Assembly: GCA_951406725.2 (NCBI GenBank)
Contig: OX597817.1
Span: forward strand, 165,478,001 to 165,542,000
Reading direction: 5' to 3'
Origin: Octopus vulgaris
Taxonomy: Eukaryota
DNA: 64,000 nt
In this document: in pieces, positions 26,957-40,917 of the stretch
Position numbering within the stretch: position 1 is the stretch's first letter
Layout of the letters: each line of letters opens with the position of its first letter
Program-made: the position numbers and the translations under genes
Notes under the pieces: model-generated
The model's input: the letters and a program-made list of their open reading frames with translations, nothing else
The model's database searches: none
Told to the model about the DNA's origin: nothing

Positions 26957-27072
<116 letters not shown>

Positions 27073-27902
27073 AAAAGCTAACATTCCTCACTGAACCTTA
27101 GATTCACGCTGAAAATTCTAACACAAAGATTTACTTTGTGTATTATTAAAGATTGCAACCCAGCCATATTTGAATATTCCCAGAAGTAAGTAATCTTGGC
27201 ACCAGAGAACAAATACTTCTAATTCTCTCCAAACCCCCTTTTTATTTAACCCTTTAACTGCAATGGTAGATGAAATCCGTCGCTCAATTTAGCATCACCA
27301 CATGGACCTTTGTAGACTCCAGTAGAGCCTACACTTTTGCAAGTATTCAAATCAAGTCCCAAATTTGAAGATGAAACTTGAGCCATGGCTTCTTCCGTCT
27401 TATCCATCCCTAGTCAAGGAAGGGGCTCTTGCAAAGATCATTGGGAATTGGCCTTCCTTCTCAAATTTAGTCAATGGATTCAATTTGTTTCACTATCAAG
27501 GACCTTAATTTATTTACATGAATTTTCTCACTAGTCTCAAACTATGGAAGACCCTATCGATTCAATAAACCGACTTTTATTAACTAACAACAAACTATTT
27601 TTTCCGTTTCATCTCTCAAGCGCAAGGGCTTACGTAACCGAAATATTTGTCGTTTATCTTTTACTCGTTTCTCTTATTTGACTGCGGCCAAGCTGGGGCA
27701 CCGTATCGAAGAGTTTTAGTCGAATGAATCCATCCCAGTACTTATATTTTATAAACCTGGTACTTATTTTATCGACCCACTTTTGTCGAACCGCTATGTA
27801 ACGGAGACGTAAATACATCAACACCGGTTGTCAAGGGGTGGGGACAAGCACATACAGAAAGAGACCACATCCCCTAACACACACACTGTATATATATACA
27901 TT

Positions 27903-29432
27903 CCCATAGTCTCTGCCTGTAATTGCCCCACTGAACTCATCTCCCTATACCTCGACCGCATCCTGTCCCCCCTAGTCGCAGCCCTCCCATCCCACATACA
28001 CGACACCAACCACGCCCTCCGTCTCTTCAATTCCTTTTCCTTCCCTTCCAGCCCCTCACACCTCCTCTTCACCTTAGATGTAAAATCCCTGTACACAGTG
28101 ATTCCCCACAATGACGGTCTCCTAGCCCTCCAACACTTCCTCGACCGTCGTCCCGACCCCACCCCCAGCACCCCCACCCTTCTCCGTTTGGCTGAGCTCG
28201 TCCTCACCCTCAATTGCTTCACGTTCGCCGGGGAAACGTACCAACAGGTGTCCGGGGTCGCGATGGGAACTAGGATGGGCCCCAATTTCGCCAATCTCTT
28301 TCTTGGCTACATTGAGGCCCAAGTGTTCTCCCAGTTCTCTGGGCCGACCCCCGAACTATACGGTCGCTATATCGACGACTGTGTAGGTGCCACCTCCCTT
28401 TCCCGGGAACGTCTCGGCCAATTCATCTCTTTCCTTTCCAACTTTCACCCCTCTCTTCAATTCACCTCCACCATCTCCAACACCTCTGTCAACTTCCTTG
28501 ACATCTCTCTCCGCATCGATCACCCCTCCAGCTCTCTCACCACCACCGCCTTCTTTAAACCTACGGATTCCCACCTCTATCTCAACTTCTCTTCCTCCCA
28601 CCCCTTCCACACCAAACGAGCCATCCCCTACTCCCAGTTCCTCCGCCTCCGACGTTTGTGCAGCCGCGACCAGGATTTCGAGACCCAATCTCAATACCTG
28701 GCCCGCATGTTCAGACTCCGAGGTTACCCACCCACACTCCTCTCTGATGCCCTCACCCGCGCCCGTCGCATCGACCGCACTACCGCCTTGTCTCCTTCCC
28801 CCCGCCCACCCCCCAACCGCACCCCCTTCCCCCTCCTTTTCCACCCCTCTACCCTACCCCTTCGTCGCAAGATACTACGTGCCTTCCGTCGCCTCCAGCT
28901 TGATCCCACCACCCGCCCCATTTTCCCTAACCCACCCCTGTCCTCTTTCAAACGAGCCCGCAATCTGCGTGACCTCCTGGTCCACAGCACCCTCTCCCCT
29001 TCCCCCTCAGCCCCACACGGATCATTCCCTTGCTCTAGATCCCGCTGCAACACTTGCCCCTTCATCACCAACACCACCGCTGTCACCGGCTCCAACCTGC
29101 ATACTGTACGCATTAGGCACTCTTTTACGTGCACCTCGTCTGGCCTTATTTACTGCATTAAATGCAACCTATGCGGGATGCTGTATGTAGGTCAGACGGG
29201 ACGCCGGTTGTCCGACCGTTTCACTGAACACTTGAGGGACGTTCGCCTACACTCTTTTTCTCCCGTCGCACGCCACTTCCGCTCGGCCGGCCATTCCCGA
29301 GATGACATCTCAGTGTTTGGTCTCGCCCCCCACAATGGTCGCCCACTTTCCAGGCTCCACTTGGAGCAACGCTACATCTTCACCCTACAAACTACCACCC
29401 CACACGGACTTAACACAGCCCCCTCCTCTTGA
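27903..29432 (+). CDS. Penelope-like element ORF (reverse transcriptase + GIY-YIG endonuclease), 5'-truncated
   Basis: Uninterrupted frame: PIVS, LDVKSLYT, GVAMGTRMGP, RYIDD, FLDI; Cys linker CSRSRCNTC..FTC; IYCIKCNLC-YVGQT-RFTEH-ARHF (CCHH). The track's start at 27828 is SINE sequence. Confidence 0.95.
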   Translation, partial: PIVSACNCPTELISLYLDRILSPLVAALPSHIHDTNHALRLFNSFSFPSSPSHLLFTLDVKSLYTVIPHNDGLLALQHFLDRRPDPTPSTPTLLRLAELVLTLNCFTFAGETYQQVSGVAMGTRMGPNFANLFLGYIEAQVFSQFSGPTPELYGRYIDDCVGATSLSRERLGQFISFLSNFHPSLQFTSTISNTSVNFLDISLRIDHPSSSLTTTAFFKPTDSHLYLNFSSSHPFHTKRAIPYSQFLRLRRLCSRDQDFETQSQYLARMFRLRGYPPTLLSDALTRARRIDRTTALSPSPRPPPNRTPFPLLFHPSTLPLRRKILRAFRRLQLDPTTRPIFPNPPLSSFKRARNLRDLLVHSTLSPSPSAPHGSFPCSRSRCNTCPFITNTTAVTGSNLHTVRIRHSFTCTSSGLIYCIKCNLCGMLYVGQTGRRLSDRFTEHLRDVRLHSFSPVARHFRSAGHSRDDISVFGLAPHNGRPLSRLHLEQRYIFTLQTTTPHGLNTAPSS

Positions 29433-29469
29433 GACCGTTTTTTTTTTTTTTTTTTTTTTTTTCCGGACA

Positions 29470-32150
29470 CACCACCCACACACACCCACCCACCTACCTC
29501 CCACCCACCTACCTACCTCCCACACGCCTGTTCACACACACACATACGTAGACCCATCTACGTACATACATTCACACATTTAATCACACACACTTACAGA
29601 CACACATGCACATACACACACACATACATACACACACGCATACATACTTACACACACACACACACACAGACATACATACACACATACACACACACATACA
29701 TACGCACATACATACACACACACTCACACACACACACCGCACGTACATACCTCACACACACACACATGCACACATACATGTAGGCACATACATACATACA
29801 TACCCACACATGCACACCCGTACACTGAATGCACACACACATACACCTTTTTGCATCCAGGCAGCCCCCCCTCTTTTCTGCTTTCCGGTCTTGGCTGATG
29901 GATCCTCGGTTCCCGCGTAGCGGGGCGTTCGAGGGCCTTTGCGCTCGCGCGCCTTGGCGTGCGCTGGGGGCTCGGTCGGCCCCTTTGGGCTTGCGTTGCA
30001 CTGCTTGTGCGTTGTGTGCGTGAGCGCGCGTGTGTGTGTGGGCTTGCTTCGGATGTGCGCTTGCGTATGTTTGCATACATACCCACACACTCGCATGCAT
30101 CCCTACCCACATACATACACGCACACCTACTCACACACACACATACACACACACACATACCCGCACACACACACACATACATACATACACACACATACCC
30201 ACTTCAGACATACACACACACAGACATACACCCATACACCCACACTCACACGCATACACACACACACATACACACGCACACGTACACATACACACACACA
30301 CACACCCACATACATACATTACACTTGTATACGCACACACTTACATTCATACACACACACACCTACACAACCATACCCTCACTCAGACACACACATCTAC
30401 CTACACACACACAAACACACACTGACACACACCCATACATAGATACATCTACACACTCACGCCTACACACATACATACACACATACATAAACACACACAC
30501 ATACACATACACACACATACGCACACACGCATATACTTATACACATGCACACACACACACATACATACACCCATATACATACACACACACATACCTACAT
30601 ACTCCTATACGCACATACATACACACAGACATACACACATACACACTCACACAAACATACACACACACATACTTACACACACACTCACCTGCACGCGCAC
30701 ACACATGCATGACAAACACTCATACACTCACACTCACATACGCACACACCAACATAAACACGCACACGCACACACACACCTACACTCCCACACACATACA
30801 CACGCACCTACATACACACACGCACGCATACACACGCATACACACATACATTACACACGTACACACACACCTACATACACATGCACACACACACACACAC
30901 AAACATGCACGGACACACCCAGACATACATACATACACCTATATACACACGCCTACACACCTACATACACACACATATACACACGCCCACACAGCTACAT
31001 ACACACACATACATACACACATACACGGACACACCCATACATACTTACATACATACACCTATACACACACGCCTACACACCTACACACACACATGCACAC
31101 ACACACACATGTACGCACATACACACACATATACGCACACACATATATACCCACACACATGCACACACACACACATACGCACATACATGCACGCATGCAC
31201 ACGCGCACACCTACACGCATACACACACACACACGCACGTACACATACATACATACACACACGCATACATACACCCATACACATACATGCATCCTACACA
31301 CACATACATACACACTCACACATACATACACACACACGCACTCACTCACACACCTGTATGTTCGCGCACACACATGCACATACACACACTTCCCCACACC
31401 CACACGTACATACATACACACTCATACACACATACACACACACACACACACACGGACATACATCTATGCACACACATATATACACACATACTTACATACA
31501 TTCATCGGACACACTGCCACCCAGACATACACACAGACACACTCACACATCCACACGCACACATACGTACGCGCACACTCGCAGGCTCGCGCACACACGC
31601 GTTTGCGCCGGTTCGCGCACGCATGCGCCCGCATGCACCTCGCCCTTGGATCCGACGAGACCTCCCGCCCGTTCCTGGGATGTCGCTTGTCGTTGGGTTT
31701 TCCCACGCCCGTCTCCGCGGGACCACTCCTCCATCTTCCCCTCCGCTGGAGTCCTTTTCCTAAACCCCCCCCCCCTTTTTTTTCGTTACACACACGCGCA
31801 CACATATACACACATTGCTTAAACATATACATCACTCTTACACACATTCAATCTACTCGCCACTAATACTACCACGACACTGGACACACACACACACTAC
31901 TACTCAACACACGCTGGCACGCTACATACGCCCCCACCCCTTCCCTCCCTCCCTTCCTCCTTCCTCCCTTTTCTCACTACTGACCTTTGTCTGCTATGCT
32001 GCTGCTATGCTGACCACCGTCTCGCCCTACCTCACACGCCTACACACAGACGCACACACTAACACATACATATATTTTTTGTTTTTTTACCTCGCCTCAC
32101 ACACACACATACACACACGCACACGCACACACTCACACATACACACACAT
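29470..32150. repeat. Degenerate (CA)-rich low-complexity tract
   Basis: Directly visible; interrupted by two GC-rich islands. Confidence 0.9.
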
Positions 32151-32320
32151 CTGTTGCGTTACCAACCTTGTCTCCACTCTTTTGCCTTTAAAAACCCACT
32201 TTGCTCTTGTTATCGTAAACATCCGCCTTTCACCATGTGCTTCTGCTAACACCAGCCGTTTTTTTCTCTATCTCCGTTGCCCGCTCCGGGATCTTTCTTT
32301 CCTCCCTCTTCCTTCTTTAT

Positions 32321-32355
32321 GTTTCCGACGAAGAGCTCCGCTCGAAACGTCATAC
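32321..32355 (+). ncRNA. Minimal hammerhead motif at the PLE 3' end
   Basis: GUUU-CCGACGA-A-GAGC-UCC-GCUC-GAAA-CGUC-AUAC; palindromic ACGU in place of stem III; U4C deviation. Confidence 0.65.
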
Positions 32356-32441
32356 CTCCCTGCTTCCATTTCCTGAGCGCCTATTAATAATAATACTGTA
32401 ATTGTTCCCTTGTTTTTTTTTTTTTGTTTCCCGTTTTTATT

Positions 32442-32487
<46 letters not shown>

Positions 32488-32752
32488 CAAGCTTCATTCA
32501 GTTTCCGTCTACCAAATCCATGGAAATAAGTATATGTATTGATGGGAAACCTCTATAAATGGCTGGTGATTGCTCAACATTTTAAAAGTGTTGTAATACT
32601 TATAATGTTTAATAAAATGTTGTAGTGTGAAACGATCGTACCAAATTACCGAAGATATTCTTGTTGCTTATTTTAATTATAATCACCTCATGGATTTATA
32701 TGGATAACATCGTACAAAATTCTGGTGCATCTGACTTAAGTACCATATTCAT

Positions 32753-33070
<318 letters not shown>

Positions 33071-33667
33071 TATGTATGTATGTATGTATGTATGTATGTA
33101 TGTATGTATGTATGTATGTATGTATGTATGTATGTATGTATGTATGTATGTATGTATAATTATGCAGTTTAAAATTTTACACTTTTGTTTTTTTGTACAG
33201 CATAGCTGCAGAAAACAACCATCACTTCCGCACATTGATATTGTTTCACTGGCATGATTCCAAAATTATTCTGAGCACACATTTGATTAATTTATTTTCC
33301 GTTTCAGAAGTCAGAAAATTACTTTAATTTTTTTTTTCCTTCGTTAATATTTCAAGATTACTTCTTCAAGCTGCGTTCTCGTGTTTACTTTCAAAGCGCG
33401 TTTTCACTCACACGCGCAACATACAACAAGCACACGTGCACGTGCGCGCGCTCTAGATCTAATATTTCTGTATTATAATAATAGAAATATTAAAATTATT
33501 AAGTCTCTCTAAAAGAGATTACGGCAGCGTTACTGGAAATTAATTGTTATCGCCATATTAATATGGCAGTCTTATAGATATAAGACTAAAAGCTGTCGCT
33601 GATTAGCTCCATGAGGCCAAACCTTCGAACAAGGGAGGTCAGCCGCTTCACACTGCCAGTCAGACAG

Positions 33668-33708
33668 CTACAGACGCGTTTCAGGGTATTTGCCCTTTGT
33701 CAATGTTA
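33668..33708 (-). ncRNA. Minimal type I hammerhead motif, U3-A8 core variant
   Basis: UAACA-UUGACAA-AGGG-CAAAUA-CCCU-GAAA-CGC-GUC-UGUAG; palindromic ACGCGU stem III. Confidence 0.65.
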
Positions 33709-34268
33709 TAATAGTTCCCCTTGTGCATTTTGAAAAGCTCGTCTTCGTGCTTTTTAACCAAATAGAAATCACTATTAAAAAAAAAAAATTAATCAACAGA
33801 TTTCGTTATAATATCAGTTTCAGATATTATTTTAGCAAATGATAAAGCTTACAAAAATTTTTTTAAAAGAGAATTCGCGTTATCAAGGCGACGAGCTGGC
33901 AGAGACGTTTACGCGCCGAGCGAAATGCTCAGCGGTAATCCGCTTGTGTTCACATTTTTCAGGCGCTGGTGTGAAAAAACTAGGCATGAGCAAACCTTTT
34001 CAAGAAGTGGCCCTCATGGTATATGGTTCATCATCAGGACGACCGCACTACTAAAAACGTTCAAGTTAATTTTTCGTTAGGCGTACCACACAAAATGTTC
34101 AGCGGGTAGCAGGTTGCCCATGACTGGAATAAATATACAGTTGAGTTTATTATCGATGCTCTTAAGTCATATTCGCTTGCGCTGTTACAATTTTCCTTTT
34201 GCTAAATTTGTGTTAAGTGTGTATTTTGTATATATGGAGTTTTGCATGTGCTAACTAATTCTAACAAC

Positions 34269-34947
34269 AAGATTTTTATGAGATTTATTGGTCTTCATTT
34301 GGAATTATTGGCAAAATTATCCTTAAGTGTTAAATAGGTTTTTTGATTAGGCAGTGAATGCAATAATTCTAGTTTTCATTGGATAGTAGTTTTTTAATCT
34401 CATCATTTACTATATTATATGTTTTAGAATGCAAGTAATTTTATATCAGTCATACAACAAACTCATTCAATGTCAGATTTATAAAACACATGTATTCGTT
34501 CAGGCCGAAGAATAAGCGAAATTTCACCGCAGTGTCAAAATTTATTTGGTAGTTGATTTGTCAAGGAATCTAAGATCCACCGCAGAAACATGCAGATATA
34601 TTAATAAGATTCTCATGAGAATTATTGGTCTTCATTTAGAATTATTGGCAAAATTATCCTTAAGTCTTAAATAGGTTTTGGATTGATTAAGTAGTGAATG
34701 CAATAATTCTAATTTTCATTGGGTAGTAATTTTTTAATCGCATCATTTACTATACTATCTGTTCTAGAATGCAAATAAATTTATATCAGTCATACAACAA
34801 ACTCATTCAATGTCAGATTTAGACAACACATGTATTCGTTCAGACAGAATAATAAGCGAAATTTCACTGCAGTGTCAAAATTTATTTGGTATTTGATTTG
34901 CCAAGGAATTTAAGATCCGCAGTAGAAACATATAGATATATTAGTAA
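34269..34947. repeat. Tandem duplication, period ~337 bp
   Basis: ATGAGA.TTATTGGTCTTCATTT at 34278 and 34615, collinear thereafter. Confidence 0.9.
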
Positions 34948-37149
34948 ATGTATTTGTGTATCACAAAAAGATTAAAATATTGATTCTGTCAACGTTCTAA
35001 ACAGATGAAACCATATCTTTTTATTCACCCAGAAGGAAATTAAAGAAGCAAGCTTTTAATCATATTCCTGTCCTAGATGCAGTTTGAAATTCAAATTGGC
35101 TAAATACCTGAGATCTATTCCAATAGCTGTCAGGATTCTCAGCATTTGTACCGCAGCCTTCACACAACATGCCTTCATTATCCTCATACTCCCATACATT
35201 TCGATAACCTATATCAAAAAACTCTAATCACTGATTTCTTTTTCCCTTCTCGTCCCCCATTTCCTTCTCTCCCTTCCCTTAGTTCATTTCTTTCATCACT
35301 TCTATTTTCCTTTACTTCTCTTCTACTTTCTTTTTCTCATCTCCTCCTCTTTCAAGCCTCCCTATTTCTCTCAATTACTCTATTCACTTGACATTTAAAT
35401 AAACTATGTATTACGTTTTTGAATCATATAACAGGAATTATAGGAATTTCCACTATTAGACAAAATCCTTATTTAATGGCCTAACTTTGGTTCAGAATTA
35501 CTAAGGGGGACTTCATTTATCCGAAAACATTGCATTTTGTATCTCCCAGTTCCATTACTATCGTGTAACGCTTAAGTCCATGCTATCATATACATACACA
35601 AAAGATGAACTGGTAAAGTATGTATCATCTATAACCTTTGTTTTGCAGTTTAGTTTGTTCTGTTGCTTTTGTCAACGAACATAGAAAAAAATCAAGGCTG
35701 ATTTTTGTCTCTCTTTGCTTAAAGAAGCATTCACATCGATGCTTCACCAAATCCTTTTTGCTAACACTAAGCGTGATCGCAAAGAAAGAACGAAAGAACG
35801 CGATACACACATGTATCTATATATATATAGGATTATGTTTGTAAGTATGTGTGTATGTTAGTGCCTGTGTGTCTATAATAATGCTTTCAAATCTAAGATC
35901 CACCGCATAAACATGTAAATATATTAGCAAATGTATTGGTGTATCACTAAAAGATTAAAATATTGATTCTAACTGACAACGTTCAAAACAGAAGAAACCA
36001 TATATTTTTATTCACCCAGAAGGAAATTAAAGAAGGAAGCTTTTAACCATATTCTATCATAGTCTATAATAATGCTTTCAAATGTTGGTGCACTTCGAGA
36101 AAGGGGTAAGTCGATTATTTCGGTGCTTAAGTGATACTTATTTTATCGATCCCGATATGATGAAAAGTAAAGTCGACCTCAGAGGAATTTGAACTCAGAA
36201 CGTAAAGGCGGACGAAATGCCGCTCAGCGTTTTGCTCGGCGTACTAAAGATTCTGCCAGCTCGCTATCTGATATGTGCCTATAATAATACCTATCAAAAA
36301 TATACATAGAATATCCAAGTATCTTATTTCATTGACCATCTCTTCCCTTATTACAAATCATTCCTGCAGCGGACTCCTGTTCAAAAAGACAGAGGAATCT
36401 GGCAAGTCGTACGATTACGTGGAGACTCTCGGAGTATTGAGTCAATTCCTTGACTGTAATTGCTCCAGGAAAGGTAAAAGGAAAAGTCAACACCGGCGGG
36501 TTTCGAACTCAAAACTTAAAGCCGGTAAAGTGAATATCGAAGATTATTTATTCAACCTCTCACCCTACAGTTTCTTCCAATACCACCGACGTATCGTATT
36601 TTTATATTGACATTTTCTCATAGAATATCCAATGCTCTAAGCGGAGTAAAAAAAACAGAGAGAAAGAGAGAGAGAGAGAGAGAGAGGGAGAGAGTGAGTG
36701 AGTGAGAGAGAGAGAGAGAGAGAAGAGTAAAGACAACAAACAAAAATATATAAAATAAGATGAAAACGCAGACATACCTCATTCAAAAGCAGGTGGTTAC
36801 TAGACAAAGGCCATTGACTTTTCGTTACAGGTCAAGTCAGACAGCCACAGAAATTAAATAAATAAAAAAAAAAACTAAAATAAATCTTGTGATTTGATCA
36901 TTGCTCGTTTCTCATTTTACATTTTACACAAAATAAAACAGCAACAGCAATAAGTAAAAATTAAAAAAAATGAAAAAGAAAAAACAACCCACCAAAACGA
37001 AATTCTTATCGGGAGAAAATCAAACATTGGTAAACCAAAAGAGTCTGCAACAACCCCTTTCTAACCTCCGTTTTTTTGCCACCCAAATACCGCGTCACTA
37101 CAACGTCATACACCCATTTGTCCCTTAACGCATGTTACTTTACTCTGCT

Positions 37150-37161
37150 CTGTGTGTGTGT

Positions 37162-37198
<37 letters not shown>

Positions 37199-37254
37199 TT
37201 TGTGTGATGTATGTGTATGCAATGTGTTTGCATGTATATATGTACATATGTATG

Positions 37255-37315
<61 letters not shown>

Positions 37316-37422
37316 ATATATGTGTATAAATATATACACACGTATATAAACATATATATATTTTTCTATACATGTGTGTGTGCATATGTGTATGTATATA
37401 TATTTATATATTTTTATATACA

Positions 37423-37486
<64 letters not shown>

Positions 37487-37665
37487 CGTATGTATGTATG
37501 TATGTATGTATGTATGTATGTATGTATGTACGTATGTATGTACGTACGTATGTATGTATGTATGTATGTATGTATGTATGTATGTATGTATGTATGTATG
37601 TATATGTATATATGTCTCTGTGTATGTATATGTGTGTGTGCGCGCGCGCGCGTGTATACACACAC
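37150..37665. repeat. Compound TG/TA/TATG microsatellite
   Basis: Directly visible. Confidence 0.95.
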
Positions 37666-38163
37666 TCTGATGCGTTTCGATGTGTTTTTGTACGTTTTTT
37701 TTTTGGGGGGGGTAGGAGGGGTGGATTTCTTGTTATATATTTTGATTTTCGACTTCAAGTATCCTACATGACTTACATCACGTTCGAAAGGAAGCTAAAT
37801 TCGGGTGCCCTCATCTACGTAAATCCCAATTTCGGCAATCGCCACCTCCACAACCACCACCACCACCACCACCACCGCCATACCATCAAACCACCACCAC
37901 CACCACCACCACCACCACATCATCCAAATATACCCAACTCGTTGTTATATATTTCAGAGTGAAAGAGAGAGAGAGAGGAGAGGAGGAGAGAGAGAGGAGA
38001 GGATGGGAGAGAGAGGAGAGGAGGGGAGAGAGAGAGAGAGAAAGATGCATGCATGTGTGTGGTTAGTTATCTCTTTGACCCTCCCACCTCCTAAACTCTG
38101 CAAGTCGCTTACCTCTGTGTATCGCATCGGTCCACTTCACACAACAACACCGAACATTCTTTT

Positions 38164-38250
<87 letters not shown>

Positions 38251-38380
38251 GTCTCTAGTCCTTACTTATTTGCAATGTTTTCTTGTTTTCTTTTAAAAGT
38301 TTTATTAACTTACTGATATCACCTAAAGTTGATGTGAAATAGTTGAATGAGTAACGCATGGAACGGTTAGCATAAAAAAT

Positions 38381-38612
38381 AGGCGGCGAGCTGGCAGAAA
38401 CGTTAGCACGCCGGGCGAAATGCGTAGCCGTATTTCGTCTGTCGTTACGTTCTGAGTTCAAATTCCGCCGAGGTCGACTTTGCCTTTCATCCTTCCGGGG
38501 TCGATAAATTAAGTACCAGTTACGCACTGGGGTCGATATAATCGACTTAATCCGTTTGTCTGTCCTTGTTTGTCCCCTCTGTCTTTAGCCCCTTGTGGGT
38601 AATAAAGAAATA
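38381..38612 (+). mobile_element. SINE family A, full length
   Basis: Head-to-tail match. Confidence 0.9.
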
Positions 38613-38788
38613 GGTTAGCTTAAAAAATGGTTATGTTCGAATCCAGAGCAGGTGTCTTCGTTTTGCGTATAAAGCCTACGTCAAATCCGTGTTATATCCG
38701 GACGATGATACCGTTAATCATACAAATAACAGCTTAGGTCATATCCCAAATAAGGACATTCGACCAATTGGCTGGGATTAAAAAACCC

Positions 38789-39010
38789 TATTTCTTTACT
38801 ACCCACAAGGGGCTAAAACACAGAGAGGACAAACAAGGACAGACAAACGGATTAAGTCGATTATATCGACCCCAGTGCGTAACTGGTACTTAATTTATCG
38901 ACCCCGAAAGGATGAAAGGCAAAGTCGACCTCGGCGGAATTTGAACTCAGAACATAAGGGCGTACGAAATACGGCCACGCATTTCGCCCGGCGTGCTCAC
39001 GTTTCTGCCC
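38789..39010 (-). mobile_element. SINE family A
   Basis: Inverted relative to the previous copy. Confidence 0.85.
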
Positions 39011-39538
39011 AGCGCTCTACAACCCCTGGCTTACAAACCCGCCATTTCTTCTCTCTCTTTTCATCTATACAAGAATAGCATCTACCCTTCTGATTTAGCT
39101 AACAATATACATATTCTACTCCGGCTCGCTCGATTCTTCTAACGCAAGGGTTATGGTATCTATATACCTACAGCACTTCACACGGTTCTTGCTCGCTCAG
39201 AACTACAAGTTTCCGATGTATCACTTGCAATATTCACACATAGATGTTCATATTAGGTCTCAATCTCATCAATATCGTTCGTCTTCTAGAGCCAGCAGAG
39301 TTCAGGGATTTACCAGCTTGCTTATCAACCACATGGTCCTGGATTCAGTCCCATTGCGTGGCATCTTGGGCAAGTGTCTTCTACTATAGCCTCTGGCCGA
39401 CCAAAGCCTTGTGAGTGGATTTGCTGGACGGAAACTGGAAGAAGCCCGTCGCATATATATACATATGTGTGTGCATATGTTTGTGTGTCTGTGTTTGTCC
39501 GCCCTGGGGTTATGAACTCTCGTGGGAAAAAAAGTTTG

Positions 39539-39705
39539 CAGGAGTGGCTGTGTGGTAAGTAGCTTGCTAACCAACCACATGGTTCCGGGTTCAGTCCCAC
39601 TGCGTGGCATCTTGGGCAAATGTCTTCTGCTGTAGCCCCGGGCCGACCAATGCCTTGTGAGTGGATTTGGTAGACGGAAACTGAAAGAAGCCTGTCGTAT
39701 ATATG

Positions 39706-39736
<31 letters not shown>

Positions 39737-39953
39737 ATATATGTTTGTGTGTCTGTGTTTGTCCCCCTAGCATTGCTTGATAACCGATGCTGGTGTGTTT
39801 ACGTCCCCGTCACTTAGCGGTTCGGCAAAAGAGACCGATAAAATAAGTACTGGGCTTACAAAGAATAAGTCCCGGGGTCGATTTGCTCGACTAAAGGCGG
39901 TGCTCCAGCATGGCCGCAGTCAAATGACTGAAACAAGTAAAAGAGTAAAAGAG
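39539..39953 (+). mobile_element. SINE family C (partial copy upstream at 39315-39505)
   Basis: Full-length match. Confidence 0.85.
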
Positions 39954-40059
39954 TATACCAGCCATACCAGAAAACAGATGCTTGCAACAGAGTGAATTTC
40001 ACGAAAAGCACAGAAAGACCAAATGTTTTTTTTTTTCATCATGATCACTAGTCTAAACT

Positions 40060-40250
40060 GAGAAAAGAGTTTAACCCCCAGGGACATTCATGCTACAGTG
40101 CAAAAGTAGGCAGCTGAATTTAGGAGAGGAAGACAGCGTCTTGAAGATGACCTAAGGACTGGACGTCCTGCAACTGCCATCACGGAGAATAACAAAGATC
40201 GTGCTCACCACATGCTGAAGGATGACCGGCGATTAACTATAAATCAAATA
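40060..40250 (+). pseudogene. Mariner transposase N-terminal fragment
   Basis: AAEFRRGRQRLEDDLRTGRPATAITENNKDRAHHMLKDDRRLTINQI. Confidence 0.7.
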
Positions 40251-40482
40251 TATTTCTTTACTGCCCACAAGGGGCTAAACATAGAGGGGACAAACAAGGA
40301 CAGACAAAGGGATTAAGTCGATTACATCGACCCCAGTTGGAAACTGGTACTTTATTTATCGACCTCGAAAGGATGAAAGGCAAAGTCGACCTCGGCGGAA
40401 TTTGAACTCAGAACATAACGACAGACGAAATACGACTACGCATTTCGCCCGGTGTGCTAACGTTTCTGCCAGCTCACCGCCT
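40251..40482 (-). mobile_element. SINE family A with 18-bp target-site duplication
   Basis: TTAACTATAAATCAAATA at 40233-40250 and 40483-40500. Confidence 0.9.
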
Positions 40483-40644
40483 TTAACTATAAATCAAATA
40501 GTGTATTTCACCGGACAAAATGGTTAACTAATATGGTTCATTGTTAGAAATTTAAAAATTCCAGAAATAAGACTTGTTGATAAGTAAGAAGGAGATAAAT
40601 GTAATCGCATTAATCAATTTCTTTGATTCAGTTTTCATCTATAC

Positions 40645-40853
40645 TCTTTTACTCTTTTACTCTTTTACTCTTTTACTCTTATACTTGTTTCAGTCATTTG
40701 ACTGCGGCCATGCTGGAGCACCGCCTTTAGTCGAGCAACTCGACCCCGGGACTTATTCCTTTTGTAAGCCCAGTACTTATTCCATCGGCTAAGTGACGGG
40801 GACGTAAACACAGCAGCATCGGTTGTCAAGCAATGCTAGGGGAACAAACACAG

Positions 40854-40917
<64 letters not shown>

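Larger units (their letters stand above)
27903..32445 (+). mobile_element. Whole PLE insertion (ORF + CA-rich 3' region + HHR-bearing terminus) inside the (TA)n of a SINE C
   Basis: SINE C 3' half at 27655-27900 and its continuation at 32486-32520 bracket the block. Confidence 0.75.

Noticed and set aside
27247-27650. TTAA-CCC piggyBac-like end; 27509-27650 also repeats at 21565-21700
   Set aside because: No matching opposite terminus found; family unassignable.
28122-29190. Overlapping alternative-frame ORFs in the PLE
   Set aside because: By-product of C-rich composition.
29430-29432. TGA stop as possible selenocysteine read-through
   Set aside because: Falls after the complete endonuclease domain, followed by poly-T; no SECIS recognised.
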